64,000 nt of DNA, taken from NCBI GenBank assembly GCA_963662435.1, contig OY759598.1, positions 1-64,000 on the forward strand, written 5' to 3'. The position numbers and the translations under genes are program-made. Origin of the DNA: Dehalococcoidia bacterium (lineage in GTDB: Bacteria; Chloroflexota; Dehalococcoidia; Lucifugimonadales; VXLM01). Positions 29,473-40,205 of this stretch are shown here, in pieces. The first letter of the stretch is position 1. Each line of letters begins with the position of its first letter. Under the pieces are notes generated by a model that did no database searches, had not been told where the DNA came from, and was given only the letters and a program-made list of their open reading frames with translations.

Positions 29473-30728
29473 CTTTCCATGACTGGCGGCACGTAGAGGT
29501 CAGTCTCGGGGTAGAAGTCCGTCCACGCGAACCAGAAGGACATGATGTACGGGAACGTTTCGAGTTGAGTTCCCTTTAGTTCGCCGCTCAACCCTCGTCC
29601 CGTCGCCTTGTCCCAAACCGAACCGGTCGCCGTGTCGGTCATGGTCATGCCATCGATGTTCTCGAACTCGAGCGCCTCACCGCCCACCATGCGCCGGAAG
29701 ATGGCGGTTGCACCACCCTCCCGGTCAACTGTGACGACGATGGGTGCCCCCTCGAATTCGTGATTCAGTACCTCGGCTTCCAGCAGATTGAGGTAGCTGT
29801 AGGCAATCTGGCCTTGCTCCCCGGTAACTCCGAGGACCAGTTCCTTCCTGCGAAGACGTTCGTCCTCATGCTCCTCACCAAGGATGCCGGCATCAAACCC
29901 CGAATAGTACGAAAGATAGTGATCGTCGATCGGGTAGCTGGTGTGTGTGTCCAGGACCATGGTATCCGGGAACTGCTTTACCCAGGTCCCGAGGTTGGTG
30001 AGTTGAGAGGGAATGATCTCCAGTTCCCTTCCCTTCAGTGGACCCGCAATCCCCTTGGCGAGGAATTGGCTCCATAGCGAGTCGGTCTCCTGGTCGTACA
30101 TGACGAGAGCATTCATGATCAGTCGACCGGACACGCCGAAGTTAACTGTCTGGTCTTCTAGTTCTCGGCCATAGACTATGGCCGTAAAGCAGAGCGGTCA
30201 CCAGGTGACCGCGATGGCCTTGCCTCCCACAACGTCGTTGACGATCTCATGGCCGCTCAGGTACGCTACGTTGTAGGCACGATGCTCACCGTTAATGGAA
30301 ACCCCTATGACAAGGTCCGTGTCTCGGTACTGGCTCTCAGCCTCATCATATGTCAGGAAATTCGGATCGAATATCGCGCGTATGGCGTCCTTCGGAAGGA
30401 TATTCATAATCTCGTACCGTCTGCCGTTTTCGGTGAACGAGGTTACAGCGAAGGTATCGAGGTCGTCCCCCCACGGATCCCTTCGACTCTCCTCAACTGA
30501 CGAGTCAAGAGACGTTGCTGTCGGCGCTGGGGTCGGCGCGGGCGGCGACGTGGGTTCAGGCGATGCCGTCGGGTCAGGCCTGGCAGTGGGGGCAGGAAGT
30601 TCGGTTGCCGAAACGCCGCTATCGGGCTCCGATTCTTCCGGCTCTTGAGTGCTGCACGCCAGGGTAAAGGCGATTAGGGTTCCTGCGCCGATTGCGGCCA
30701 ACAGTATCCTCAGGCTCCGAAAGTTCAT
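29469..30728 (-). CDS. DUF3179-family lipoprotein, probable selenoprotein (UGA at 30198-30200)
   Basis: Two ORFs join in frame across one TGA: ...HEIVNDVVGGKAIAVTW-U-PLCFTA...FGVSGRL..NALVMYD.ETDSLWSQ. Lipobox FTLAC; AAGGAG RBS before ATG 30728. Confidence 0.88.
30166..30184 (-). promoter_or_regulatory. Putative bacterial SECIS hairpin
   Basis: mRNA CGGCCAUA-GUC-UAUGGCCG begins 13 nt after the UGA. Confidence 0.65.
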
Positions 30729-30813
30729 GCAGGAATTCTCCTTCTTAACCATTCGATGCGGAGATGTGGGATTCGATGCGCCATTCAGCGACTGAGACAC
30801 GAAAACCGGAAAC

Positions 30814-32244
30814 CTAGAACACTTCACTCAATGCGGAACGGGCGGCGTGGTAGCCGCTCATTCCGTGAACTCCTCCACCCGGCGGCGTGGACGCTGAACA
30901 AAGATACAGCCCCCTGGCGGGCGTCGAGTACGGGTTCCAGCGGAGCATGGGACGAGCAAACGTCTGGCGGAAGTCCTGCACGCCGCCGTTGATGTCTCCG
31001 CCGACATAGTTCGCATTGTACCCTTGCATCGTTGCCGGACTCATCACATGTTTACCCAGAATGCGGTCGCGGAATCCGGGCGCAAACCGCTCAATCTGTG
31101 CCTCGATGCGATTAGTCGCATCAAACGTCGACCCACTAGGCACATGAGTGTACGCCCAGGCTGTGTGTTTTCCGTCCGGGGATCGCGATTCGTCGAACAA
31201 GCTGGGCTGGGCGACGAGCACGAATGGCCGCTCAGGGACCTTGCCCGCCCACATCGTCGCCTCTGCATCGGCAATCTCGTCCAGTGTCCCCCCGACATGG
31301 ACCGTGCCGCCCCATGCCGTCTCCGGCGCCTTCCAGGGAATCGGCCCGTTGAGAGCGTAATCTATCTTGAAAACGCCAACCCCGTAGCGAAAGGACTCCA
31401 GGCTGCGGCGATACCTTCCACGCAGCCTATCCCCCGCGAGTTTGAGAACTTGAGCGGGTGAGGTATCACAGAGCACCGCCTTGCTCTCCGGCAACTCGTC
31501 CAGCGACTCGACCTGCCAGTTCGTTACGACCTCTCCCCCAAGCGACCCCAGGTACGAGAACAACGCCTGCGAAATCGACTGCGCTCCCCCACGCGCGAAC
31601 GGCCATCCCACGGTGTGACCGGCAATACCGAGCACCAGCCCGACCGCGGCTGTGGAAGCACTGTCCAGGGGAAGCATCGAGTGCGCGCCGATTCCTCCGA
31701 ACAGAGAGCGAGCCATTTCACCCTCAAATCTGCTCCGCGCCACCGACTCGACCGACCGGATGCCGGTCAGTCCAAAGCGCGCCATGGCAATTGGATGCTG
31801 TGGCACTCGTCGGAACGGGGAGAGCAGATACTCGACTGTGCCGTTCCAATCGGAAACTAGAGGCCCCATTAGATCCCGATATGCCTGCGCGTCACTCCCC
31901 AGCCCCTCCGCCGTCTCCGACAGGGAGTGGAACTGCACAGCCGCCGTACCGTCGTCGAAAGGATGAGTCACCGGCGCCGTCGGATGCGCCCATTCAAGCC
32001 CATGTTCAGCCAGGGGCAGCGAATTGAAGAACGGCGATCCCGCCCCCAGAGGATAGGCCGTCGAGCACACGTCATGAACGAACCCCGGGAGGGTTAACTC
32101 CGCAGACCGAACGCCCCCGCCGACCGTCTCCTCCGCCTCGACTACGAGGACCGATTTCCCCGCTTGGGCCAGCACGATAGCGGCCGATAGCCCGTTCGGT
32201 CCGGCTCCGACTACCACCGCATCATATGACGTATGGGACGGCAT
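30814..32244 (-). CDS. FAD-dependent oxidoreductase (phytoene desaturase-like family)
   Basis: DAVVVGAGPNGL, HDVCS and LYLCSASTPPGGGVHGMSG motifs. Confidence 0.88.
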   Translation of the reverse strand: MPSHTSYDAVVVGAGPNGLSAAIVLAQAGKSVLVVEAEETVGGGVRSAELTLPGFVHDVCSTAYPLGAGSPFFNSLPLAEHGLEWAHPTAPVTHPFDDGTAAVQFHSLSETAEGLGSDAQAYRDLMGPLVSDWNGTVEYLLSPFRRVPQHPIAMARFGLTGIRSVESVARSRFEGEMARSLFGGIGAHSMLPLDSASTAAVGLVLGIAGHTVGWPFARGGAQSISQALFSYLGSLGGEVVTNWQVESLDELPESKAVLCDTSPAQVLKLAGDRLRGRYRRSLESFRYGVGVFKIDYALNGPIPWKAPETAWGGTVHVGGTLDEIADAEATMWAGKVPERPFVLVAQPSLFDESRSPDGKHTAWAYTHVPSGSTFDATNRIEAQIERFAPGFRDRILGKHVMSPATMQGYNANYVGGDINGGVQDFRQTFARPMLRWNPYSTPARGLYLCSASTPPGGGVHGMSGYHAARSALSEVF

Positions 32245-32299
32245 CCTTCCTACAGCGTAGAGCGGTGACCCGCCTACCGGCAACCAAAAGGTGACATCG

Positions 32300-32833
32300 C
32301 AACGAAAACACCCCCCGGCCACCCTCCCGTAGGGACGATCTGCCAATCGCTCCTACCGCCAGCCCCCGCCCCGTCATTCCCGCGAAAACGGGAATCCACT
32401 CCCCCCTATTCGCCCGACTGGCGAAGTCCCGATACGCCCGACTGGCGAAGTCCCGATACGCCCGACTGGCGAAGTCCCGGCGAGGTCACGTTCACCCTGA
32501 GCCTGTCGAAGGGTTCCCCCGCGGCGATACCCACCCGTCATTCCCGCGTAGGCGGGAATCCATCTTTCCCCTGAAAATAACCCACGGCCATCCCCCCGTA
32601 GGGGCGATTCTCGAATCGCCCCTCCTACTCCGCTGCTCAGAATGACAGTGCCAGGGTTGCGTTCTGGTGACCATAGACTCCCTCTCCCGTTCGCGGGAAA
32701 GGGCTGGGGTGAGGGCAAATGCCGACCCCTGTCAGCCCGCCGTAGCGATACTCAACCACTGATCTCTCCCCCGCCGGGGGAGAGATACAGAGAGGGGTCT
32801 TCGCGATTCAACTCACGAACTCTGAACAACTAC
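32300..32833. repeat. Mosaic cluster of REP-like palindromes
   Basis: GTAGGG(G/A)CGAT..ATCGC units, CGTCATTCCCGC..GGGAATCC x2, CCCTGAGCCTGTCGAAGGG, CTCTCCCCC..GGGGAGAGAT; ends CTCACGAACTCTGAAC. Confidence 0.75.
32411..32479. repeat. 24-bp tandem repeat, ~3 copies
   Basis: CGCCCGACTGGCGAAGTCCCGATA at 32411, 32435 and 32459 (last copy partial). Confidence 0.9.
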
Positions 32834-32908
32834 TATGACCCTGGGAAGTTGTCCAGTCTAGACTTGAATGTTATGCTTGACCAAAATGTGTAAGTTCCTA
32901 ACAGGCTT

Positions 32909-34141
32909 ATGAGTACACGCAAGCCGCAAAAATTGAAGAGCCGCCGCGACCGGGGCATGATTGTCGTGGGAGCCATTATTACCTGCATAGCCATCGTGAC
33001 GGTAGGAACCTGGATCGTGGTCGGCATTGCTTTGAACAGCGGACCTGAAGTTCTCGGCGACAGCTCACCATCTTGGTCGTCCGACGGTACCAAAGTCGCC
33101 TTCTCATCCGACGACTCGGGCCACTCGGACATCTACGTGATGAACCCCGACGGCACCGAGCGGGTGAACCTCACGAATCGCGAAGCCAAGGACATGGACC
33201 CCGCATGGTCGCCGGACGGCGAGTGGATAGTCTTCCTCAGCCGAATGCAGGGCAATACCGACATCCACCGGGTCCGTCCCGACGGCACCGGCCTGTCAAG
33301 TCTAACCACCTACCCGGCCCAGCTGTATGGCCGTCCCGTGTGGTCTCCCGACGGCACTATGATCGCCTTTACGTCCAATCGCGATGCCGATCCTCCTCCT
33401 CAGCTCGGACCCACGCCCGTCCCGTTCTTTGACGACGTGCCGGAGTTCCCCGGCGCAGCACCACGCCCTGAACTCTACGTGATGAACGCTGACGGTAGCG
33501 AACAAACAAGGCTAACTTTCAACCTCTTCTTCGACGGCAATCCCACGTGGTCGCCGGACGGTCAAAGAATTGCATTCCAGTCGCGCGAGGATGGAGACCA
33601 CGAGATCCACGTCATAAATATCGACGGCTCAGGCCTAACCAAGCTAACTGACAATGATTACGCCGATGTCTTCCCAGCTTGGTCACCTGATGGACAATAT
33701 ATCGCCTTCTCATCCAACCGCCACAAGACTGATTTCGGGAGAGAACTCAGCGAGGCTGCAAGGCGAGAATCCGTCGTACTTACCGCCTCACCCGTCGACT
33801 TTGAGATCTACATAATGAACGCGGACGGGAGCGGCATCTTCAACTGGACACAGACGACCAGCCTCTGGGACTCTGCCCCATCCTGGTCGCCGGACGGCGC
33901 GTGGATCGCATTCGAGGCCCGACCGCACCTCACCTTCACTCAGCGAGGCTCGGCAAGAGACATCTACATCAAGAAGTTCGATGGCTCAAACCTCACTAAT
34001 GTCTCCAACGCACAAGCCCAGGGCCAAGAGGGGAATCAGGGGCCCATTGTCTGGTCTCCCGACAGCAATAGGATCGCCTTCGTTACCGCACGGTACGGTA
34101 CTCCCAAGATTCAGTCTGTGAAACTGATTGATCCTTCCTAG
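32909..34141 (+). CDS. TolB-like beta-propeller (PD40 repeats) with an N-terminal TM anchor
   Basis: Multiple P.WSPDG..IAF.S repeats. Confidence 0.88.
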   Translation: MSTRKPQKLKSRRDRGMIVVGAIITCIAIVTVGTWIVVGIALNSGPEVLGDSSPSWSSDGTKVAFSSDDSGHSDIYVMNPDGTERVNLTNREAKDMDPAWSPDGEWIVFLSRMQGNTDIHRVRPDGTGLSSLTTYPAQLYGRPVWSPDGTMIAFTSNRDADPPPQLGPTPVPFFDDVPEFPGAAPRPELYVMNADGSEQTRLTFNLFFDGNPTWSPDGQRIAFQSREDGDHEIHVINIDGSGLTKLTDNDYADVFPAWSPDGQYIAFSSNRHKTDFGRELSEAARRESVVLTASPVDFEIYIMNADGSGIFNWTQTTSLWDSAPSWSPDGAWIAFEARPHLTFTQRGSARDIYIKKFDGSNLTNVSNAQAQGQEGNQGPIVWSPDSNRIAFVTARYGTPKIQSVKLIDPS

Positions 34142-34165
34142 ACCTCGCCACCCGGACGTGGTGCA

Positions 34166-35350
34166 CTACCTAAAACTCCAAATACCCTCCGATTCCCACT
34201 CTTGGGACGGAAATCTGCCCTCCAACAGCGGCGTATGCCCTGCCCCAAGCAGCGGCACAGGGAGTTGCCCAACGTAGTCAGGCGAGGGGAAAAGCTCCCA
34301 AAGAGAGCCTGTACACGTCCCTTTCTCTTGAATAAGCACCTTGAACCCTCCTAGTCCTTCCGGGGCCATCAAGTCCCTCATCGCCATTGCGTTGGCTCGA
34401 AGTTCGCGGGGCGACATGTCCTGACCACGCAGCCTTTCAAGCCATGCAGTAAGCCCCAATCTGTCAAGGTACTCGGCCTGTGACATCAGGCTGAGGGGTT
34501 TCAGACCGACGGCGCGACCTTCTTCGACAACCGTTGTGAAATCGACGCTTGCCGTGATGTCCTGTCGACCTATCCACTGATAGGGGCTGGAGCCGGACGT
34601 GTGCTTGTAGTAGGTCTGGAGAGTGCCGCGCGAACGCTTGGAGGAGTAGAGTTCTTCCGCTTCGTGCCCGTAGTCAATCGTCAGAACGAATCCCCGTTCG
34701 ATGATCTCCGCCACCTGCCTTGCCCACTGACCGATCCGAAGATTGACCTCGCCTCGCGTCCCTTCAGCCATCTCAATGCCGAGCTCATCTATCCGTCCGG
34801 CAAGTAATGGCGTCGATGGCTCCCCGGGTACTGAGTGGAGTCTCCCATCAGCATCCACGTCGACGAACAGTTCCACAATCTTACCGTCGGCGATCTCAAA
34901 GCGATGAATTGGGAAGGCGTCGATGAGCTCATTTGATACCACGCAGCCGGCTACTCCGTGAGGTGTTTCATCGCTCATCTTGTCGATTGGGACATATCGC
35001 ATGGCGCGTGAGAACGGCACGAGATTCTGATTCGCGTACTCAGCGATGTCTCGTGCCATGAGACCGCTGCCTGAGCCTAACTCCACTACATGAAATGGCT
35101 CAGGACAGCCGAGCGCCTTCCACATTGCCTCAAGCTGAATGGCGATGAGTGCGCTGAATGCCGGGTGTCCCGATGGACTCGTGTAGTAGTCTCTGTAGCT
35201 CTCGTCCTGGCGGTCATGCGTGTAATAACCGCCGTTGGGATGGTAGAGCGCCACGTCCATGAATTCGGCGAACGTGATCGGGCCGTTGGACTCGATGCGC
35301 CTGCGAATCTCCGCCTCGGGTGTGCGCTCCATGCGATACGTAGTCTCCAT
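34166..35350 (-). CDS. SAM-dependent methyltransferase, MidA/NDUFAF7 family
   Basis: GPITFAEFMDVALYHPNGGYY, DYYTSP, VELGSGSG, SNELIDAFP, IDYG and QDITASVDF. Confidence 0.9.
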   Translation of the reverse strand: METTYRMERTPEAEIRRRIESNGPITFAEFMDVALYHPNGGYYTHDRQDESYRDYYTSPSGHPAFSALIAIQLEAMWKALGCPEPFHVVELGSGSGLMARDIAEYANQNLVPFSRAMRYVPIDKMSDETPHGVAGCVVSNELIDAFPIHRFEIADGKIVELFVDVDADGRLHSVPGEPSTPLLAGRIDELGIEMAEGTRGEVNLRIGQWARQVAEIIERGFVLTIDYGHEAEELYSSKRSRGTLQTYYKHTSGSSPYQWIGRQDITASVDFTTVVEEGRAVGLKPLSLMSQAEYLDRLGLTAWLERLRGQDMSPRELRANAMAMRDLMAPEGLGGFKVLIQEKGTCTGSLWELFPSPDYVGQLPVPLLGAGHTPLLEGRFPSQEWESEGIWSFR

Positions 35351-35356
35351 GAAATC

Positions 35357-35383
35357 AAAAGGGACACCCCTTCAGGTGTCCCT
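35357..35383 (-). terminator. Intrinsic terminator
   Basis: AGGGACACC/GGTGTCCCT stem followed by a U-rich tail on the minus strand, just after the 35410 gene. Confidence 0.65.
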
Positions 35384-35409
35384 GCATTCGCCTTCAATTG
35401 TAGGGGAAT

Positions 35410-35634
35410 CTAGCTGGACTTGGCTGCCGTGCTGGCGCTCTTGTTGGCGGCGTTCTTCTTGGCCCTGGAACCGTCTCGGTCCCAACCGGATATCGGCACG
35501 GAGTTCTTGAACTCCCCTTCTGCCCCACAGTCCATGCAGGTGCCCATGCTAGTCGGCCCGTTCGGGCTCTCAATCATCCATCGATGAGAACACTCTTCGA
35601 TAGTTGCGGCTGCTTCCTGTTCCTGCTCCGGCAC
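35410..35634 (-). CDS. Small putative zinc-binding protein
   Basis: CSHRWMIESPNGPTSMGTCMDCG; GGAGGGGG RBS; own terminator. Confidence 0.75.
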   Translation of the reverse strand: MPEQEQEAAATIEECSHRWMIESPNGPTSMGTCMDCGAEGEFKNSVPISGWDRDGSRAKKNAANKSASTAAKSS

Positions 35635-35664
35635 TGCGCACCCCCTCCGTTACGTTACGGACTT

Positions 35665-36813
35665 CTACTCTCGGTCCTCGATAGGAATGTACTCCACGTC
35701 CTCCGGCCCGTTGTACAACAGCCTTGGACGGAGTATGTCTCTCGCGGTCAATTGTTCAACGATGTGCGCCGCCCAGCCTGGCATTCGGCCAATGGCAAAT
35801 AGCGGCACAAACAGGTCCTCGGGAATCCCCAGTAGTGAGTACACAGCGCCCGCCCACAGGTCGACGTTTGGGTTGAGCCCGGCTCGCGACCTGCGCTGCA
35901 TCGCCTTGGTCTTGGTAACCGCATCGATGATGCTGTACCACTTCGTCTGACCTTCTCGTTCGCCGAGGTCCTTTGCTCCTTGGCGTAAGTGCTTGGCCCT
36001 CGGATCAACGTCGCTGTAGACCGCGTGTCCGAAGCCCATTATCCGTTCGCGGGCCTCGAGCTTGGCGTTCACGTACGCCTCGGCGTTTTCGACGCTGCCA
36101 ATCTCTTCGGCCATTCTCATTGCGCCTTCGGCAGCCCCTCCGTGACGCGGTCCCTTCAGGGTCGCGATCGCTGCCGCCAGTGCCGCATAGAAGTCGGCAC
36201 GCGTGGAAGCCGCCACTCTCGCGACGAATGTCGAAGCGTTCGCCCCGTGCTCGGCGTGCAGGACAAAGTCCTTGTCGATAAGCCTGGCGTCACGGGGGTC
36301 CGGCGCCTCTCCCCTGAGCATGTAAAGGAAGTTGGCGGCATGGTCCAGGTCGCCGTTCGGTGCTACCGGCTCACTGCCATTGCGAAGCCGGTGGTGCGCC
36401 GCGACGATGGTGGGGAGGGCGGCCGTCATCCGTACGCCCTTGATCAACGCCCCCTCCGGCGTAACATCCATTTCCGTCTCGTCCGTTATGCCCATCGCCG
36501 ATACGGCCGTCCGCAGCACGTTCATCGGATGGGTGTTTTTCGTCAGATCGATGATCTGCAGGACTGCGTCGGGAAGTGCGCGAGAGCACTTGAGATCCGT
36601 GGAAAAGGACGCCAGTTGAGCAGAAGTGGGCAGCTGCCCGTAGAGGAGCAGGTAACTTGTTTCTTCGAAGCTGGAGTGTTCGGCGAGATCGTCTATGCTG
36701 TAGCCCCGGTAGAGCAGCTTTCCGGGTTTCCCGACGATCAGACTCGTTGAAGTTCGGTCGAAATATACGTCGCGGAAACCCTTCTTAAGCTCCACTTTGG
36801 AGTCTTTGGCCAT
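35665..36813 (-). CDS. Citrate synthase / 2-methylcitrate synthase family
   Basis: LLYRGY, HAEHGANAST, GPRHGGA, MGFGHAVY..DPR, PNVD and RPRLLY. Confidence 0.92.
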   Translation of the reverse strand: MAKDSKVELKKGFRDVYFDRTSTSLIVGKPGKLLYRGYSIDDLAEHSSFEETSYLLLYGQLPTSAQLASFSTDLKCSRALPDAVLQIIDLTKNTHPMNVLRTAVSAMGITDETEMDVTPEGALIKGVRMTAALPTIVAAHHRLRNGSEPVAPNGDLDHAANFLYMLRGEAPDPRDARLIDKDFVLHAEHGANASTFVARVAASTRADFYAALAAAIATLKGPRHGGAAEGAMRMAEEIGSVENAEAYVNAKLEARERIMGFGHAVYSDVDPRAKHLRQGAKDLGEREGQTKWYSIIDAVTKTKAMQRRSRAGLNPNVDLWAGAVYSLLGIPEDLFVPLFAIGRMPGWAAHIVEQLTARDILRPRLLYNGPEDVEYIPIEDRE

Positions 36814-37140
36814 TGACGCCCGAACCTCCACGACACGGCGCATGAGGCAGTTGCTATGCCGACGCGCCATTGAAGAAAATCATCGAAAGTGCCCGCGCCT
36901 ACAGGTCTGAAGTCGTCTCAAACGGTGAGGAAAGGGCGAACGAATCGTAGCATCGAAACGCCCGTAAGTCAAGGATTCTGGCCTCCTAGACACCCACGAA
37001 GGAGGCGCGCAAATGCACGAAATCAGCCTAATCAAAAGGTGTTGGCGCCTGTACAACGCGGCTCAGTTGAGCGGCGACGCCAAGCGTCGGCAAGACCGTC
37101 CGCGTCTGGAGGACGCCAGGCTCCCCGACTGACGGCATAC

Positions 37141-37572
37141 TTAGCCCGTAGGCATCTCGGCGCGAGGTGTGCGTCTGCGCCTGCGAGCAACCTTGAGGCG
37201 GGCCTGGGAGCGTCGAACCGATGCGAGCGCCCTCTCCAGGTCCAACGAGGTGGTGGCGGACGCGATCCGCTCCTCGGCGCGCTGGACGGCCTCTTCGGCT
37301 CGGGCTTCATCGATTTCATCCGCCCGTTCCGCCGTGTCCGCTAGAATTGTCGCCTTGTTGCCGATGACCTCGAGGAAACCACCGCTGACGGCGATGAAAG
37401 TCTCCTCTCGATCCTTGTCGACACGGATCTCGCCCGGCTGCATGATGGTCAGCAGCGGCGAGTGGCTCGGCAGAATGCCAAGCTCGCCGACGACACCGGG
37501 GGCAACGAGCACGTCCACCTCTTCGGAGTATACGATTCGTTCGGCAGTGACTATTTCCAGTGTCAGGGGCAT
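37141..37572 (-). CDS. atpC: ATP synthase epsilon subunit
   Basis: GELGILPSHSP, VSGGFLEV, ADTAERADEID. Confidence 0.96.
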   Translation of the reverse strand: MPLTLEIVTAERIVYSEEVDVLVAPGVVGELGILPSHSPLLTIMQPGEIRVDKDREETFIAVSGGFLEVIGNKATILADTAERADEIDEARAEEAVQRAEERIASATTSLDLERALASVRRSQARLKVARRRRRTPRAEMPTG

Positions 37573-37579
37573 GAACTTT

Positions 37580-39022
<1,443 letters not shown>

Positions 39023-39898
39023 TTATGCTTCTACGGCCGCCGCGCCGCCCACAATATCCAACAACTCGGACGTGATCGACTCCTGGCGGGCCTTGTTCAT
39101 TTCCAACGTCAGGTCGTCAACCATGTCGTTGGCGTTGTCCGTCGCGTTCCGCATCGCCACCATCCTCGCCGACTGCTCGCTCGCCACGCTCTCTAGGACC
39201 GCGTGGTACACCTGCATGTCGACGAATCGCGGCAGCAATGCCGCCATGACGGTTAGCGGGTCGGGCTCGTATATGTACCCGACCATGTCCTTGTCCTCAA
39301 GCTCTGCCGGGACGACCGGCAGCAGCGGCTGCACAATCGGCCTCTGGGTGACCGTGCTCACGAAGTCGGCGTAGGCCAGGTAGACTGCGTCGACGCGCTC
39401 CTCGCTGTATGCGTCGTTTACCAGCGTTGCAATGGGGCGAACGTCCTCGAGTTCGGGCCGGTCGCCGATGTCGCTGATCACTGCCCGGACATCCTGCCCC
39501 GTCCTTACGAGGAAGTCGCGGCCCTTGCGTCCAACCGCGATGACGCTCGTCTCGATGTCCATCTTCTGTCGTTCCAGGATGAACTCCGCGACCACACGGT
39601 TGATCCTGCTGTGAAGGCCGCCCGTCAGTCCGCGGTCCGGCGTAATGACGACGATCTCCGCACGCTTGATCTCGCGGGTGCGGAGAAGGGGATGAATGTA
39701 CTCCTCGTCGTCCGGCGCGGGCTGGGCGGCGAGATCGGCCAGCAGATTGCGCATGTCCTCGGCGTACGGCCTGCTCTGGAGCGCCATCTCCTGGGCACGG
39801 CGCATCTTCGAAGCCGCGATCATCGACATCGCCTTCGTTATCTTCGCCGTGTTCTCGACGCTTCTGATGCGCCGCCTAAGCTGTCTTACGCTTGGCAA
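39023..39898 (-). CDS. atpG: ATP synthase gamma subunit
   Basis: KITKAMSMIAASK, SEQSARMVAM..ATDNA, NKARQESIT. Confidence 0.97.
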   Translation of the reverse strand: MPSVRQLRRRIRSVENTAKITKAMSMIAASKMRRAQEMALQSRPYAEDMRNLLADLAAQPAPDDEEYIHPLLRTREIKRAEIVVITPDRGLTGGLHSRINRVVAEFILERQKMDIETSVIAVGRKGRDFLVRTGQDVRAVISDIGDRPELEDVRPIATLVNDAYSEERVDAVYLAYADFVSTVTQRPIVQPLLPVVPAELEDKDMVGYIYEPDPLTVMAALLPRFVDMQVYHAVLESVASEQSARMVAMRNATDNANDMVDDLTLEMNKARQESITSELLDIVGGAAAVEA

Positions 39899-39908
39899 TT
39901 TTCCTACC

Positions 39909-40199
39909 CTACCGCAACGCTTGCTTCAGCAGTGTCAGGACGGACTCGGTCCCCTCTGCCTGCACCACCTTGATCTTCTTCTGTTTCTTCAGGACCTCGC
40001 CTCGAAGTTCGCCCCGCTCCTTATGTCTCATATCGACCATCAACAGCGCATCAAACTCCGACGATGCCGCCAGGTCGATCGCTATGTCGTCGTGCAGCGT
40101 ACCCGTTACGGAGTAGCCGCTCCCCTCCAGCCTTGCCGTCATGGTCTCCAAGTCTTCCGTGCTTCTTCCGACTAAGAGGACTCGGCGCTGCTGCTGCAT
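39909..40199 (-). CDS. Hypothetical protein resembling a degenerate receiver domain, inserted between atpA and atpG
   Basis: 96-aa ORF fills the atpA-atpG gap (6-nt and 10-nt spacers); RVLLVG...LEGSGYSV...FDALLMVD pattern. Confidence 0.7.
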   Translation of the reverse strand: MQQQRRVLLVGRSTEDLETMTARLEGSGYSVTGTLHDDIAIDLAASSEFDALLMVDMRHKERGELRGEVLKKQKKIKVVQAEGTESVLTLLKQALR

Positions 40200-40205
40200 C
40201 TCGGC

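Noticed and set aside
30814..32244. hpnE or carotenoid desaturase completing the hopanoid pathway
   Set aside because: The motifs fit the widespread generic phytoene-dehydrogenase-like family, it lies 19 kb from shc, and hpnC/hpnD are not adjacent.
32374..32718. ORF with GTSPVGRI repeats
   Set aside because: It is a translation of REP units and the 24-bp tandem repeat.
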